Shown here: piece by piece, positions 1-12,901 of the stretch
Layout: the number at the start of each line of letters is the position of its first letter
How positions within the stretch are numbered: position 1 is the first letter of the stretch
DNA from: Octopus bimaculoides
Lineage: Eukaryota
Direction: 5' to 3'
NCBI RefSeq assembly: GCF_001194135.2
Contig: NC_068982.1
Span: 169,452,860-169,492,556, forward strand
DNA length: 39,697 nucleotides
Program-made: the position numbers and the translations under genes
Notes under the pieces: model-generated
Told to the model about the DNA's origin: nothing
Database searches by the model: none
Seen by the model: the letters and a program-made list of their open reading frames with translations, nothing else

Positions 1-149
1 TCTCATACTCCACTCTCTCTCATTCCCCTTCCTTCTCTCTCATCCTCTATACATTCTCCCCCCTCCCTCATCACCCCCCTTCCCTCATCCCCCCCTCATC
101 ACTCTCTCTCCTATTGTCCTTCAGTTATATGGGCCCTCTCTTGCCCCCT

Positions 150-360
150 TTTGTCTTGTAAGCTGCAAGGTGACCTCACTAGTGCTCGTGCGTAAATAAA
201 AAGAGCGCTCTGTACATTTTGTAAAGCAGTTGGCATTAGGAAGGGCATCCAGCTATAGAAACCGTGCCAAAACAGACATTACAGCATGGTATAGTCCTCT
301 CTTTGGATTCTGTTGAACTGTCCAACCCATGCCAACAAGGAGGGCAGATGTTAAATGATG

Positions 361-363
<3 letters not shown>
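150..363 (+). mobile_element. Diverged A-family retroposon 3' end (RTE-LINE 3'UTR-like)
   Basis: Contains gttggcattaggaagggcatccagctatagaaac...gtccaacccatgcc...gttaaatgatga, shared with more than 10 other copies in the window. Confidence 0.7.
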
Positions 364-398
<35 letters not shown>

Positions 399-759
399 CA
401 TTGTTATTGTTCTTCAGTCTCAGACCCACCCTGATCAAGGTGACAAATGATCAAAGGAATTGTAGCTGTACCCATCCCATCTTTTCTGGGACAGTGTCGT
501 TCAATGCTTCCTTCTCTTCCTTTAAGATAGTAGGGTCTGCTTGAGAGGGATTTTGCTGCTGTTTTCAGGAAGCTGAGCGATCATGTTGAAGAACTTCTGT
601 TGATTCATATACATTTCCCATGAGTAAGGTTGTATTTCAACATTTGAAATTTATAGAACTCTGTGTGTGTGTATTGTCATCATCACATCTGCTTTTCCAT
701 ACTTGCATGTATGTATGTGTGTGTGTAAATACATACAAGAGTGTGTTTGGGTATCTAAG

Positions 760-797
<38 letters not shown>

Positions 798-1209
798 ACG
801 TAGGCAAGGTCAGCTGATCTCATCCTTCATTGCTCATGAATAGTGAAACAGGAAATACAGTAGTTATTTACTCTTTTATAGCATTTATCTCAGTCCTCTC
901 CGATGAAATGTAATAGGGATTTATATCTTCTTTCTCTTCTACTAATAAATAAACCAAATGACAAACACACTTGGTATAATGGAGGGTTAGGAAATATATC
1001 CCTGAAACACTGAGGACACACACACACGTACACACACCCTGTTTAATGTTTTTGTTTCTTTTCTCCTTACTTTTTTTGCATTCTTTTTTCATTGCCACCA
1101 GTATGGTTTCTTTTTTCTTTTCTTTTTGTATTCATAAATTTATGAATTTACATCCTCCTACGTATAAAATAGAAATAGGAAAAAAAAAAGACCAACACTT
1201 TATTTTGCA

Positions 1210-1630
1210 GAATTGTTAGAGCCTCGCACAAATTGCTTTGCAAGTAATTGTTTTGGCTCTTTAGGTTCTGAGTTCAAATCCTGCTGAGGTCAACTTCGCC
1301 TTTCATCCTTTGAGAGGTCAACAGTCAAGTGCTGGGCTTAATGGTATTGATTAACCCCTCAAAATTACTGGACTTGTGCTTAAATTAGAAAGAATTATTA
1401 TTATTATTATTAATGATAATAATAATAAACAAGGTAGTGAGTTGGTAGAATTGTATTTCACTGTTCTTACATTCTGAGTTCAAATTCAACTGAGGTCAGC
1501 TTTGCCTTTCATCCTTTCGGGGTTGATAAAATAAGTACCAGTTGAGTAAGAAGGTTGATGTAATAGACTTACCTCCTCTCCCCAAATTTCAGGCATTCTG
1601 CCTATAGTAGAAAGGGTTATTATTATTATT
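1210..1630 (+). mobile_element. Two tandem C-family tRNA-derived SINE copies
   Basis: B-box-like gagttcaaat, central ctttgcctttcatcctttcggggttgataaaataagtaccag module, (ATT)n tails. Confidence 0.75.
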
Positions 1631-1635
1631 GTGTG

Positions 1636-2105
1636 AGAGAGCAGCATTGCCATCAAATGATGCTGGGGTACAAATATACGAAGCCCAATGTACCCCTCAT
1701 GACTACCTGCCTAATAAGAGTACACTAGGCATGTGCATTACAACATGGTGATCTCATATCAAGATAAACAGTGTAGGTGGGGTCCAGTTAGAAAATATTC
1801 TTCAGGTAGAGTAGCCCATCCTGCTCAAAAGGTTCCTGAATAAGATTTGTTTAAGGATGATGAACAAAGCACCCATGTTTCCAGAGGTGAATTATTCAAA
1901 CCCTAAAGAATTCCTCTCATCACATGGCTATGATGCTCCCCCACTACTCCTGCTTGTGATCAGAGATGCACATATTGTTAGCCACTAAGGGACATATTCA
2001 ACTGGTTGTGATCAAGTGACTGACATGCAAATTTGTGGTATTGAGCAGAATATTTGTTGTAGGCCATCTTTTACACCAAGACAAAATATGTACATGATAA
2101 CACTA
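1636..2105 (+). mobile_element. D-family interspersed repeat (unclassified retroposon)
   Basis: Colinear with 35905-36405 (+), 18663-19105 (-) and partial 26797-26970 (+), e.g. gatctcatatcaagataaacag, gctatgatgctcccccactac, gagcagaatatttg. Confidence 0.8.
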
Positions 2106-2423
2106 ATGTACAAGATTAAACATTTTGACAGAAGAAAGAGCTTGTGAAATTTGGCCATATACTTAACTAATATATATTTTATTGTTCCTAGAGAGATGTA
2201 AAGTTGACCTTTGTGGGATTTGCACTCAGAAAGCAGTGGGATGTATTTAAATAATCTATACTACTCTAGGCACAAGGCCCGAAATTTTTGGGGAGGGGGC
2301 CAGTCGATTAGATCGACCCCAGTACGCAACTGGTACTTAATTTATTGACCCCGAAAGGATGAAAGGCAAAGTTGATCGCAATAGGATTTGAACTCAGACT
2401 GTAAAGATCCTGAACAGAAATCA

Positions 2424-3034
2424 NNNNNNNNNNNNNNNNNNNNNNNNNNNNNNNNNNNNNNNNNNNNNNNNNNNNNNNNNNNNNNNNNNNNNNNNNNNNN
2501 NNNNNNNNNNNNNNNNNNNNNNNNNNNNNNNNNNNNNNNNNNNNNNNNNNNNNNNNNNNNNNNNNNNNNNNNNNNNNNNNNNNNNNNNNNNNNNNNNNNN
2601 NNNNNNNNNNNNNNNNNNNNNNNNNNNNNNNNNNNNNNNNNNNNNNNNNNNNNNNNNNNNNNNNNNNNNNNNNNNNNNNNNNNNNNNNNNNNNNNNNNNN
2701 NNNNNNNNNNNNNNNNNNNNNNNNNNNNNNNNNNNNNNNNNNNNNNNNNNNNNNNNNNNNNNNNNNNNNNNNNNNNNNNNNNNNNNNNNNNNNNNNNNNN
2801 NNNNNNNNNNNNNNNNNNNNNNNNNNNNNNNNNNNNNNNNNNNNNNNNNNNNNNNNNNNNNNNNNNNNNNNNNNNNNNNNNNNNNNNNNNNNNNNNNNNN
2901 NNNNNNNNNNNNNNNNNNNNNNNNNNNNNNNNNNNNNNNNNNNNNNNNNNNNNNNNNNNNNNNNNNNNNNNNNNNNNNNNNNNNNNNNNNNNNNNNNNNN
3001 NNNNNNNNNNNNNNNNNNNNNNNNNNNNNNNNNN
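2424..3034. other. Assembly gap (611 N)
   Basis: Run of N. Confidence 1.
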
Positions 3035-4145
3035 CAGGAGGTCAGGACTTCTCCCTCTGTCCTCACTTTCTACTTCAAGCATAATTGAAAGAAAACAATT
3101 AGGGCTTTGTTAAAGAAGGAAATGCATGACCTCAATTTTCCAACTTTATCCATCACACTACCTTTTTTTTTACTATATGTAGCCATTAGGCACATCAGAC
3201 ACATAAAAATGATTGTTTCTGATGAGCACAAAGTTAGAAATTTGAAACGGGGGAGAAGTCAATTATATTGACCTCAGTACTAGGTTAGTCCTTTAATTAC
3301 CAACCCTGGTAGGATGAAAGGCAAAGTTGATCGCAATAGGATTTGAACTCAGACTGTAAAGATCCTGAACAGAAATCACAAGGCACTTTGTTTAATGCTT
3401 TACTAATTCTGGTGATTATGATTTCTAACATAGGCACAAAGTCACAAATTTGTGGGAGGGAACAGTTGATTAAACTGCTCCAGTTTCTTGGCTGATATTT
3501 TATCTACCCAGATAGGATGAAAAGCAAAGCCAACTTCATAGGGATGGAATTCCTATAGAGGTAACTAAATACTACAAAAAATGTCATCCAATGTTCTATT
3601 TTTACCAGTATACCACCCTTAATAATAATCTTTTTCTTTTGTATCACCCTGTTTAATGGACTTCACTTTAGAGAGAGAGAGAGAGAGAGAGAGTGTGAGT
3701 TAGAGTACATGTATATGTGAGTGAAAGATTGAATATATGTTCTGTTGTGTTGGTAGTAATACATACATTATGTAATGGGAGAGAGATGACTGTTGTGCCA
3801 ACTGTAGACCAGTACGTCCCTTCACCTGTTGTCATTGTTACATGGTTGGGTGGGCATTTGGGCCCTACATAACCAGTTCACCTAGTAATAATAATTCCTT
3901 TTGTTATAAGCAGAAGGCAACAATTTTGAGGAAAGAGGATGAGTTGATTATATCAACTCCAGTACTTGAATGGTACTTTATTTTATTGGTCCTGGAAGAA
4001 TGAAAGGCAAAGTCTATCTTGGCAGCATTTGAGCTCAGTACATAAATTAATGATACTTCTTTCTACTATAAGCACAAGGCCTGAAATTTGGTGGGAGGAG
4101 GTAGTTGATTACATCTACCCCAGTGCTTTGACTGGTACATTTTTC

Positions 4146-4494
4146 NNNNNNNNNNNNNNNNNNNNNNNNNNNNNNNNNNNNNNNNNNNNNNNNNNNNNNN
4201 NNNNNNNNNNNNNNNNNNNNNNNNNNNNNNNNNNNNNNNNNNNNNNNNNNNNNNNNNNNNNNNNNNNNNNNNNNNNNNNNNNNNNNNNNNNNNNNNNNNN
4301 NNNNNNNNNNNNNNNNNNNNNNNNNNNNNNNNNNNNNNNNNNNNNNNNNNNNNNNNNNNNNNNNNNNNNNNNNNNNNNNNNNNNNNNNNNNNNNNNNNNN
4401 NNNNNNNNNNNNNNNNNNNNNNNNNNNNNNNNNNNNNNNNNNNNNNNNNNNNNNNNNNNNNNNNNNNNNNNNNNNNNNNNNNNNNNNNNNNNNN
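4146..4494. other. Assembly gap (349 N), probably spurious
   Basis: Run of N flanked by an identical 53-nt sequence on both sides. Confidence 0.95.
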
Positions 4495-4859
4495 GGGAGG
4501 AGGTAGTTGATTACATCTACCCCAGTGCTTTGACTGGTACATTTTTCATCGACTCCAAAATGGATGAAAAGCTAAGTTGATCCTGGCGGAATTTGGACTC
4601 AGAACAAAGATGGATGAAAATACTGCTACAGTTTACAGGTACTTTATTTTAACCAACTTTGAAGGATGAAAAGCAGAGTTGACATTAACCTAAGTTAGAC
4701 TCAGAACATGAACAACTAGAACAAATACTCCAAGGTATTTTGTGTGATTCTCTACCAATTCTGCCAGATTCTTCAAATTCAACAAAACATAATAATAATC
4801 ATTTTTAATGTATCATGTATTAAAGAAAATCTGGGTTTCACTTAAGAACTTATAGTGAG

Positions 4860-6050
4860 GTTAAAAGGTGAATGTGGCTCAGGTCCTGGTAATACTATTA
4901 TGTTCTGGTTTCAAACGAGTCATGATAAAAAGCATGAAGAAATACAAAGACAGGTTAAAATTGACAGTCACATTTATTTCACTGCTAATAGAAGATACAG
5001 CAGACAGGTTTAACATGAATAATTCTGTTAATAAAAATACATTGGTTCCTTGTGCAGCTTGAACATGATGATGTGCATGGGAAAAACACAAAGCACAACA
5101 ACAAAAGTCTCTGCTAACAGTTCTCTCCTCTCTGATAATGCATAGTGGAATAAAACTTGCTTTCTGCTGAAGATCCAAACTACATTGTGCAACCCATCTC
5201 ACTGAAGAAAATAGCAGGAAAAGGCATTCTTAAATAACTATGGGTAGGCTTGAAAGGGCCACACTTTTCTGGTTGGGCAAGTGGTCTGATTAGATGACTT
5301 AAAGCAGATGAGCCAAAATGTGGTTACTTAACTGTTTTGTTACCGTATTTATTTAGATGCTCTGTGTTTCTTTCAATTAATTTTAAATATAACAGATAAT
5401 TTAGTAAAACAACTTAGTTATCATTAAGCTAGTGTTAGGAACATAAACTGTGACTAAGGTTTGGTGGAAGATTTTAATTCAAAGCTTACGAAAACAAGAT
5501 ATTTGAACTACAGAGCCAGAGACAGTTTCAGCTGAGTTGGTATTGAAAGGGTTAAAGGTAAAGATCCACACTGTGAACATGTTTGCTACAAACTGAACTT
5601 GGAGTTTGTCATGTTGAAGTTAATTTGTCAGTGATACAGCAGTTGTTTTGTATATATTGGTAAGAAGTCATTTAATGTTAACTGTGGCCACCTTGTTATA
5701 ATGTCAAGCTACATAAGTAAAAGAACTGTCTTTGCACTGCATTCAGGCTAATCACAAACTCATGCGAGTTATGTCTTGTGAAATTAATTGAACAAGAACA
5801 CACCTTCTGTCACCAAACTGTGTAAACATAGAGAAACACAAATATGCTTTTTGTTTATTCACTTATTTTTTAATGAACCCAGAAAAATTTAGTTATATAG
5901 CAATAATTGATGTGACAACACCAAAAGCTGTTATGATGTCAGAGTGCCAGATGTGTGCCAATGAGCCAACAAATTGCAAAAAACAAACTTCTTTCACTGT
6001 GAAATAACCATGTTTTGCTACTTATCTGTTATAAACTGGCATCCTTCTTT
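4860..6050 (-). pseudogene. Possible highly decayed hAT transposase remnant
   Basis: Minus-strand fragments TWLFHSERSLFFAICWLIG (TTF-like WLxYS..LFC.C.LF) and HHHVQAAQGTNVF...MLNLSAVSS...SLYFF (like GVQA..N..F.C..H.LNL...LY.FF); many stops and frameshifts. Confidence 0.3.
5328..5555. mobile_element. piggyBac-type MITE, TTAA-flanked
   Basis: TTAA-ctgttttgttacc...ggtattgaaaggg-TTAA; body homologous to 11640-11855. Confidence 0.65.
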
Positions 6051-6258
6051 TAACCATAGAGCAAGGAAATCATTACTTAAAATTCCTTGAGTGATGGGAT
6101 CATAATTTTATAAACTTTTGTTATCTACAGAATTAATTTCTTATGATTATCATTATAGAAATATTAATTCTTTTAAGCAGGTGATGCGGTTTATCTAATA
6201 TAATCCACATTACAAAAATATCCTTCCCCACTACCATACACACACACACACACATATA

Positions 6259-6650
6259 GGTGCAGGTGTGGCTGTGAGGTAAGAAGTTTGCTTCCCATCT
6301 ACATGGTTCCAGGTTCAGTCGCTCTGCGTGACACCTTGGGTAAGTGTCTTCTACTATAGTCTCGGGCTGACCAAAGCCTTGTGAGTATACTTGGTAGACA
6401 GACTGAAAGAAGCCCATTGTGTGTGTGTGTATCTTTGTGTCTGTGTTTGTTCTCCTCCACCACCACTTGACAACTGGTGTTGGTGAGTTTACACCTCTGT
6501 AACTTAGCAGTTTGGTGAAAGAGACCGATAGAATAAGTACTAGGATTAAAAAATAAATACATACTGGGTTTGATTCGTTCAACTAAAATTCTTCAAGGTG
6601 ATGCCCCAGTATGGCCACAGTCTAATGAATGAAACATGAAAAGATAAAAG
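6259..6650 (+). mobile_element. B-family SINE (tRNA-like head, CORE-like caccttgggtaagtgtc, internal (TG)n)
   Basis: Full-length alignment to 29220-29622 (-), 34625-35585 (+) and others. Confidence 0.85.
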
Positions 6651-7102
6651 ATATAAGAAAACTGAAATACTCATAATCCTTTATCCAAAATTTTTATGAG
6701 TGAGAAATGGAAAATTCTCACAACTGGAAAATTTCTAAGTGTTTGGAATGTTTAAAAAAAAAATGTGCAGTCAGGCATAAACTGAAAGTATTCTGTTGCA
6801 CATCTTTGATAAGCTGATGTGGAAATGTAATAGGTGGATTTATTTTGGTGAAAATTGAAACATTCCTTAAGTGAAACTGTTACGTATATAAAACAGGAAT
6901 GGCATCATATTTCATGGTATCTGTATAAGCTGTATTCTTCATCCTCAACAATGGCGGCAGTGCAGCAGTGTTTTACATTTACTTTTCCATGCTGGCAGGT
7001 TTTTGATGGTAATGTTTAATGGCTGGATGCCCTTCCTATACCAAGCCTTTTGGCTACCTCTTATGATACATGGAGGACATGGCACTTATTCTAAAACCAG
7101 AG

Positions 7103-7417
7103 AAGGTGTGTGACTTAGTGGTTAGAGTATTAGTCTCACGGTTCTGAGTTCGATTCCTGGTTACGTGTTGTATCCTTGAGTAAGATCCTTTATTCTACAT
7201 TGTTCCAGTCCACTCAGCTGGTAAAAATAAGTTGTACCTGTAATTCAAAGGGCCAGCCTTATCACATTCTATGTCACACTAAATCTCCTTGAGAACTATA
7301 TTAAAGTTACATGTGTCTATGGAGTGCTCAACAACTTGTACGATAATTTCATGAGCAGGCTGTTCAATTGATCGGATCATCTGGAACTCTCATCATTGTA
7401 ACTGATGGAATGCCAGT
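7103..7417 (+). mobile_element. E-family tRNA-derived SINE
   Basis: A-box-like tgacttagtgg, B-box gagttcgattcc, CORE-like tgtatccttgagtaaga, tail ...gatcggatca...gatggaatgcca; homologous to 30513-30830. Confidence 0.8.
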
Positions 7418-8254
7418 TACAATTCTAAAATCAAGAGATACATTGGTAATTGTATAAGTTATATTATGAAATGTAAATGGATAAAGGCAGCATTTAGATT
7501 TAGGTCCCATCCTCTAGCTGTTCCTTTAGTAGATGTAAATATACTATTATATAATCTTTCTGAAATCTGAAAAAGAAAGAAAAAAAAAAATGGAATGAAA
7601 AGCACTCCTGTCTGAAATATTTCAGATAAAAAGTATTACCAGCTGTATAGATATTTTAACTGTTAATGGACTCTGTATGAATAAACACTTACATTTCCTT
7701 CTAGTTAAAACAATTCAGATTTTTATAAAACTATCCAATTTCTTCCTCTTCTGTTTTGTGACTGATCAAACTTTCAATAGTTATATTAGTATGGACCATA
7801 TTTAATTATTACTGCTTTTGAATGTTACTATATATCACAAATGTTTCTCTCTTGTAGATTGTTGATAATAGGTATTGTTATATTTCTGTATTTACTTAAT
7901 TGGAGTCAAGTTGCTACAAAGCTTGAAACATTTACTCACATTTTAATACAGATATGTTTTTTAGTCTGCACTGAACTAGTGCTGTATCCTGTTTGAATAA
8001 AGTATGTCAAGGTGCTGCTCTATGATTGAGGTGATGATATTTGATATCACATTGATGACTTAGTAATTTACTTTCTGTGTTGTTAGAAATCATTATTAGT
8101 AACCTTAAAGTGGGCTGGAAAGTGGAAGAAAAAGTAGAGTAGCAAAAAGAATATTTTATAGTATCTAGTTCATACCTTTACATTCTGAGTTCAAATCCTG
8201 CTGTTGGTTATATTGCCATCCATCCTTTTGGAGTCAATATAATAAGTGAGAGAG

Positions 8255-8592
8255 ATAGAGATAGGACTCCTTTCGGTCATGAATGACCATGGGATTGTAG
8301 CTAGAAAGTTACCCTCCGAGGCACAAGTCCAGGCAAGGTTGTTTATGGGAGACCAGCAGTCACCCATGCATACCAGCTTCCCCTCTCCACACCACTGATA
8401 TTATCCAAGGGAAAGGCAATGACTGATACAGCTTGGGACCAGTGATGTTGCAACTGGTTTCTATAGCTGAGTGAACTGGAGCAACATGAAATAAAGTGTC
8501 TTGCTCAAGAACACAGCACACAGTCCGGTTCAGGAATTAAACTCACTATCTCATGATTGTGAGCCTGACACTCTAACCACTGAGCCATGCAT
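8255..8592 (-). mobile_element. F-family tRNA-derived SINE
   Basis: Minus-strand head gcatggctcagtggttagagtg...gagtttaattcc, same head type as E but a different tail; homologous to 32072-32349 and 21160-21410. Confidence 0.8.
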
Positions 8593-8989
8593 ATCAAAAT
8601 AAAGTATTAGTCAAGTATTGGGGTTTATTTATATCCCTATGTCCTTTAGATTAAATAGAATTTTAACAGAAGGCTAAGATCTTGTGTTTCATGCCTATTT
8701 TTTTGCTTCATATTAGATACTGTAAAACCCCTGTTGTTTTTGTTATTTGTCCTTGAAATATCGCTTTGCCACATCAATAAAGGATTATTGGCTGAATTGT
8801 TTGAGCATTGGACAAAATACTTTTTTACAGTCTGCCAAGGTCAACCTTAGCTTTCTTTCGTCTTATACAGGAAGCGGTTAGATAAAATAACATACCGTTC
8901 AAGTACTGTGTTTAGCTGAGTGGAATACTTGTATTGTTAATGAATGGCTTTGTGCTCATGTTAAACATTATTCTGATTTTCACATTTCT

Positions 8990-9763
8990 TTTATCTTTCA
9001 TTTGTTTCAATTGTTAGACTGCGGCCATGCTGGGGCATTGCACTGGAGAATTTTTGGTTAAATGAACTGACCCCAGTATTTCTTTTTTTTAGCCTGGCAC
9101 TTAATCTCTTGATCTGTTTTGCCAAACTGTTAAGTTATGGGGATGTAAAAACTGCAAAACTGGTTGTCAAGTGGTGGTGGGACACACACACACACTCTTT
9201 TATTCTTTTATTTGTTTCAGTCATTTGACTGCGGCCATGTTGGAGCACTGCCTTTAGTCGAGCAAATTGACCGCAGGACTTATTCTTTGTAAGTCTAGCT
9301 AGTACTTGTTCTACTACTCTCTTTTGCCGAACTCTTAAGTTATGGGTACGTAAACACACCAGCATTGGTTGTCAAGCAATGTTGGGCGGGGGGGGACAAA
9401 CACAGACACATAAACATATACGTACGTATATATATATATATATATNNNNNNNNNNNNNNNNNNNNNNNNNNNNNNNNNNNNNNNNNNNNNNNNNNNNNNN
9501 NNNNNNNNNNNNNNNNNNNNNNNNNNNNNNNNNNNNNNNNNNNNNNNNNNNNNNNNNNNNNNNNNNNNNNNNNNNNNNNNNNNNNNNNNNNNNNNNNNNN
9601 NNNNNNNNNNNNNNNNNNNNNNNNNNNNNNNNNNNNNNNNNNNNNNNNNNNNNNNNNNNNNNNNNNNNNNNNNNNNNNNNNNNNNNNNNNNNNNNNNNNN
9701 NNNNNNNNNNNNNNNNNNNNNNNNNNNNNNNNNNNNNNNNNNNNNNNNNNNNNNNNNNNNNNN

Positions 9764-9808
<45 letters not shown>

Positions 9809-10115
9809 CGGGTTTCTTTCAGTTTCTGTCTACCAAATCCACTCACAAGGCTTTTGTTAGCCTGAGGCTATAGTAGAAGACACTTGCCCAAGGTGCCATG
9901 CAGTGAGGATGAACCCAGGACCATGCAGTTGGTAAGCAAGCTACTTACCGGAACCATGTGGTTATGACAACTTTTTTCAGTTTGTCTATCAAATCCACTC
10001 ATAAGACTTTGGTTGAGGCTATAGTAGAAGACACTTGTCCAAGGTGCCATGCAGTGGGATTGAACCTAGAACCATGGGAAGTAAGCTTCTTACCACATAG
10101 CAATACCTGCACCTA
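8990..10115 (-). mobile_element. Nested B-family SINEs (inner about 9197-9968 inside outer)
   Basis: Order on + strand is tail1, tail2, (TA)n+gap, head2, head1. Confidence 0.7.
9446..9763. other. Assembly gap (318 N) inside the (TA)n of a B SINE
   Basis: Run of N flanked by (TA)n. Confidence 1.
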
Positions 10116-10809
10116 CATATGTAGTTGAGAACAGATTAGGCAATGTAGTAGTCCCTGATATACATGAGGACAAGGTTTGTTTCTTTTTCTTTTCTTAACT
10201 AGTTTCATTTGTTGGGCTATAAGCCATACTGTACCTCTACTTTCAAAGGTTTTTGCCTGTCATATACACACCTCAGTACTTATTCCAGTCTGATATTTGT
10301 TTTTCCAATGTTTATTTATCATATTCATTACATGTTTAAGTTATCTTCTGGTGTAAAGAGATGCAACTCAATGCACTGTTGTATATTGCGGTAAACAAAC
10401 ACATACACACACCCACACACACAACCTGAAGCTAAGATCAGAGGCCATTTTAGAAGACACTTGCATAGTTCTGTACTATGGGATTGAACTAAGAATCATA
10501 TGTTTGTGAAGTGATCTTAACCACTCAGCTATTCTTGAACTAGTTTGTTCCAAGCTGGAAATCCTTAACCACTGGTCTGCAAGATTGGGGCTGACCAGAA
10601 GCTAAACAATATTAATGAAGCCTCTATGTGGTCTTATATGATAAAACATCCAAATCTTACTCAAGCCACACTTTTGTCTTAAAAGAGGTTAAAATGCATT
10701 GGAAAGTGTAGTAGTCCATCATATTCAAAAGATGGAATATATACAGCTAGAATTCCTTGTCTGCTCAAACGGTAACTAATTTGGACCTAAGCAACAGCAA
10801 TAATAACAT

Positions 10810-10990
10810 GACAACCATCATCATCATCATTTAATGTCTGTTGTTCATGCTGGCATGGGTTGGATAGTTGACCAGGGCTGGTAATCTGAGGGGCTGCATC
10901 AGACTCCAGTTTGATTTGACAGACTGTAATGGGTGCTTTTCATGCCACTAGCACGGGTGCCAGTTGAGTGACACCAGTATCTGCCATGAT
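10810..10990 (-). mobile_element. A-family retroposon 3' end
   Basis: (CAT)n tail then catttaatgtc...gctggcatgggttgga. Confidence 0.7.
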
Positions 10991-11639
10991 TATGATTTTA
11001 TTGTAAGATTTGATCTCAGAACTGTGTGGTCTGTTGTTGAACATCTTAATTTCACAGATATTGTAAGGAACTAATTGACCAGTTTCTAATAATGTTGTTG
11101 AGTATTAGAAACAAATTATAAAATATTTACCATTTCCATTAACCCCAATCTTGAATATTGTCTTCAAGATTATATTATACACAATGTGTCCCTTTTCTGA
11201 AGAAGGCAGTGTGTGATGTTAGATTTGGTTGCTATTTTAAGCAAGTGAAGTCACCACATAGAGGCTTTCTTTGATTTATAGGGAACTCTATAACTCAGTA
11301 ATAAAAGTGGTGAATATTTTATAAACTTGCAAGTACTTATGAAAGAAGTGAGTAAATTTGAGTCCAGCAATGCAAACTAATGGGACACGTATGCATTTTG
11401 CCCACTCAAATGCTTTTCATCAGTAGTTTGATGGGGTCAGAATTGACTTGGGGTCAAAAATACCTATAATAACAACAAGCAGATTTCATATGCTGACGAA
11501 TTTCTAGGATGAATTTCTAGAAGTTAAATTCAACTTTAACAAAATTTCAACTCAGAAAGCTGAAAGATGAAAACAAATATTGCCTGCCATCTTTAGTAGT
11601 CAGTAGTCCAATTTATAAACCACAATGCCATTATGAGTT

Positions 11640-11855
11640 TTAACTCTTTTGTTACCATATTTCCATTGGTATATGCCACTTTTGTTTCAATTAATTTTTT
11701 AAATAATTTGAAATTTAGTAACATAACTTTCATTATTAAACTGATGTTTACAACATAAATGGACAAGAAATTTTGATGTAAGGTTTTAATTTAATAGGAA
11801 GTTTGTACTACAGAACCAGAGGCAGTCTCTGGTGGTTTAGAATCAAAAATGTTAA
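11640..11855. mobile_element. piggyBac-type MITE (same family as 5328-5555)
   Basis: TTAA-ctcttttgttacc...aatcaaaaatg-TTAA. Confidence 0.6.
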
Positions 11856-12669
11856 ATCATGTTAATGATATTTTTGGCTTCTTAAAGTGACATAGAAAAC
11901 CATATTTATTGGAGAAAGACAAATAAGATTTCTTGTTATCTTTGCATTTCTTGAGTGGCATAAATTAAGTGAAATGGCATCAGCTGGGAATTGAAACTGA
12001 ACCATGAATTTGGCTCACAGCTTGAACTGTTGTTTCTGGATCTTATAAATAGCTGAAGAAATGGCTATGATAGTACAAATATTGTAATTGTAATAAAGTT
12101 TATTTCACATCATCATAATGAGAGAAGTGTTTTTTTTAAACCCTAGGTTAGCCCTGATTATGTAGATGTGTGATCAAAATCATCCCAATTTTGAATATTC
12201 TGTCTTTTTTTCAAAATTATATTATACATAATGTGTTCCTTTTCTGAAGACGGCAATGTGTGATGCCAAATTTGGCTGCTATTTTAAGCAAGTGAAGTCA
12301 TCACATAAAGGCTTCCTCTGAGTTAAAAGCACTCTGTAACTCAGTTAATGGAAATGGTGAAGCATTAGAAGTGTGGGCAGTATTTCAGTTGTCCTTTAAC
12401 ATCCTGAGTTGAAATCCTGCTAAAATTGATTTTAACTTTTAATCTTTCTGGAGATTCATTAAAATATTAAATGTATTTGTTATTATTGTACATCCCTGGG
12501 TCATCTCCCTTCCAACAGACTTATGATCAAGCATTCTACGCATACCATCCCATCCTGTTCTTAGATAATCTATCTAGAGCTGCATTATCTAATGTGTCTA
12601 ATGTGTTTTATCTTCTTGAGTCCTCAGTCAAATCGTCCAACCCATGCTAGCATGGAAAGCGGACGTTAA

Positions 12670-12704
<35 letters not shown>

Positions 12705-12705
<1 letters not shown>

Positions 12706-12856
12706 AGGGATGGTTGTCTGGTTAAAAAGTTCTCTTTGCAATCATGTGGTTTCAGGTTCAGTCACACTTTGGGCAGGTGTCTTCTATTATAGCCCTAGGT
12801 TTACCAATGCCACCTGAGTGAATTTAGTAGACAGAAACTGTGTGGAATCCTACTGC

Positions 12857-12901
<45 letters not shown>

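Larger units (their letters stand above)
2268..4780 (-). mobile_element. Cluster of about 7 C-family SINE copies in the same orientation, broken by two gaps
   Basis: Repeated ggcacaaggcc(c/t)gaaatt...ggatgaaaggcaaagt...atttgaactcag units near 2268, 3225, 3430, 3905, 4070/4495 and 4630. Confidence 0.75.

Noticed and set aside
2308-4580. Long ORFs of 158-252 aa (also 9340-9873, 34704-35442, 38761-39033)
   Set aside because: They are open only because they run through N gaps.
7460-7590. Strong minus-strand acceptor at 7567 as an exon of a minus-strand gene
   Set aside because: All frames stop within about 36 codons, there is no good donor, and no recognisable protein.
11493-11514. CTGACGA...GAAT motif
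   Set aside because: GAAT instead of GAAA, weak stem II, and no stem I or III.
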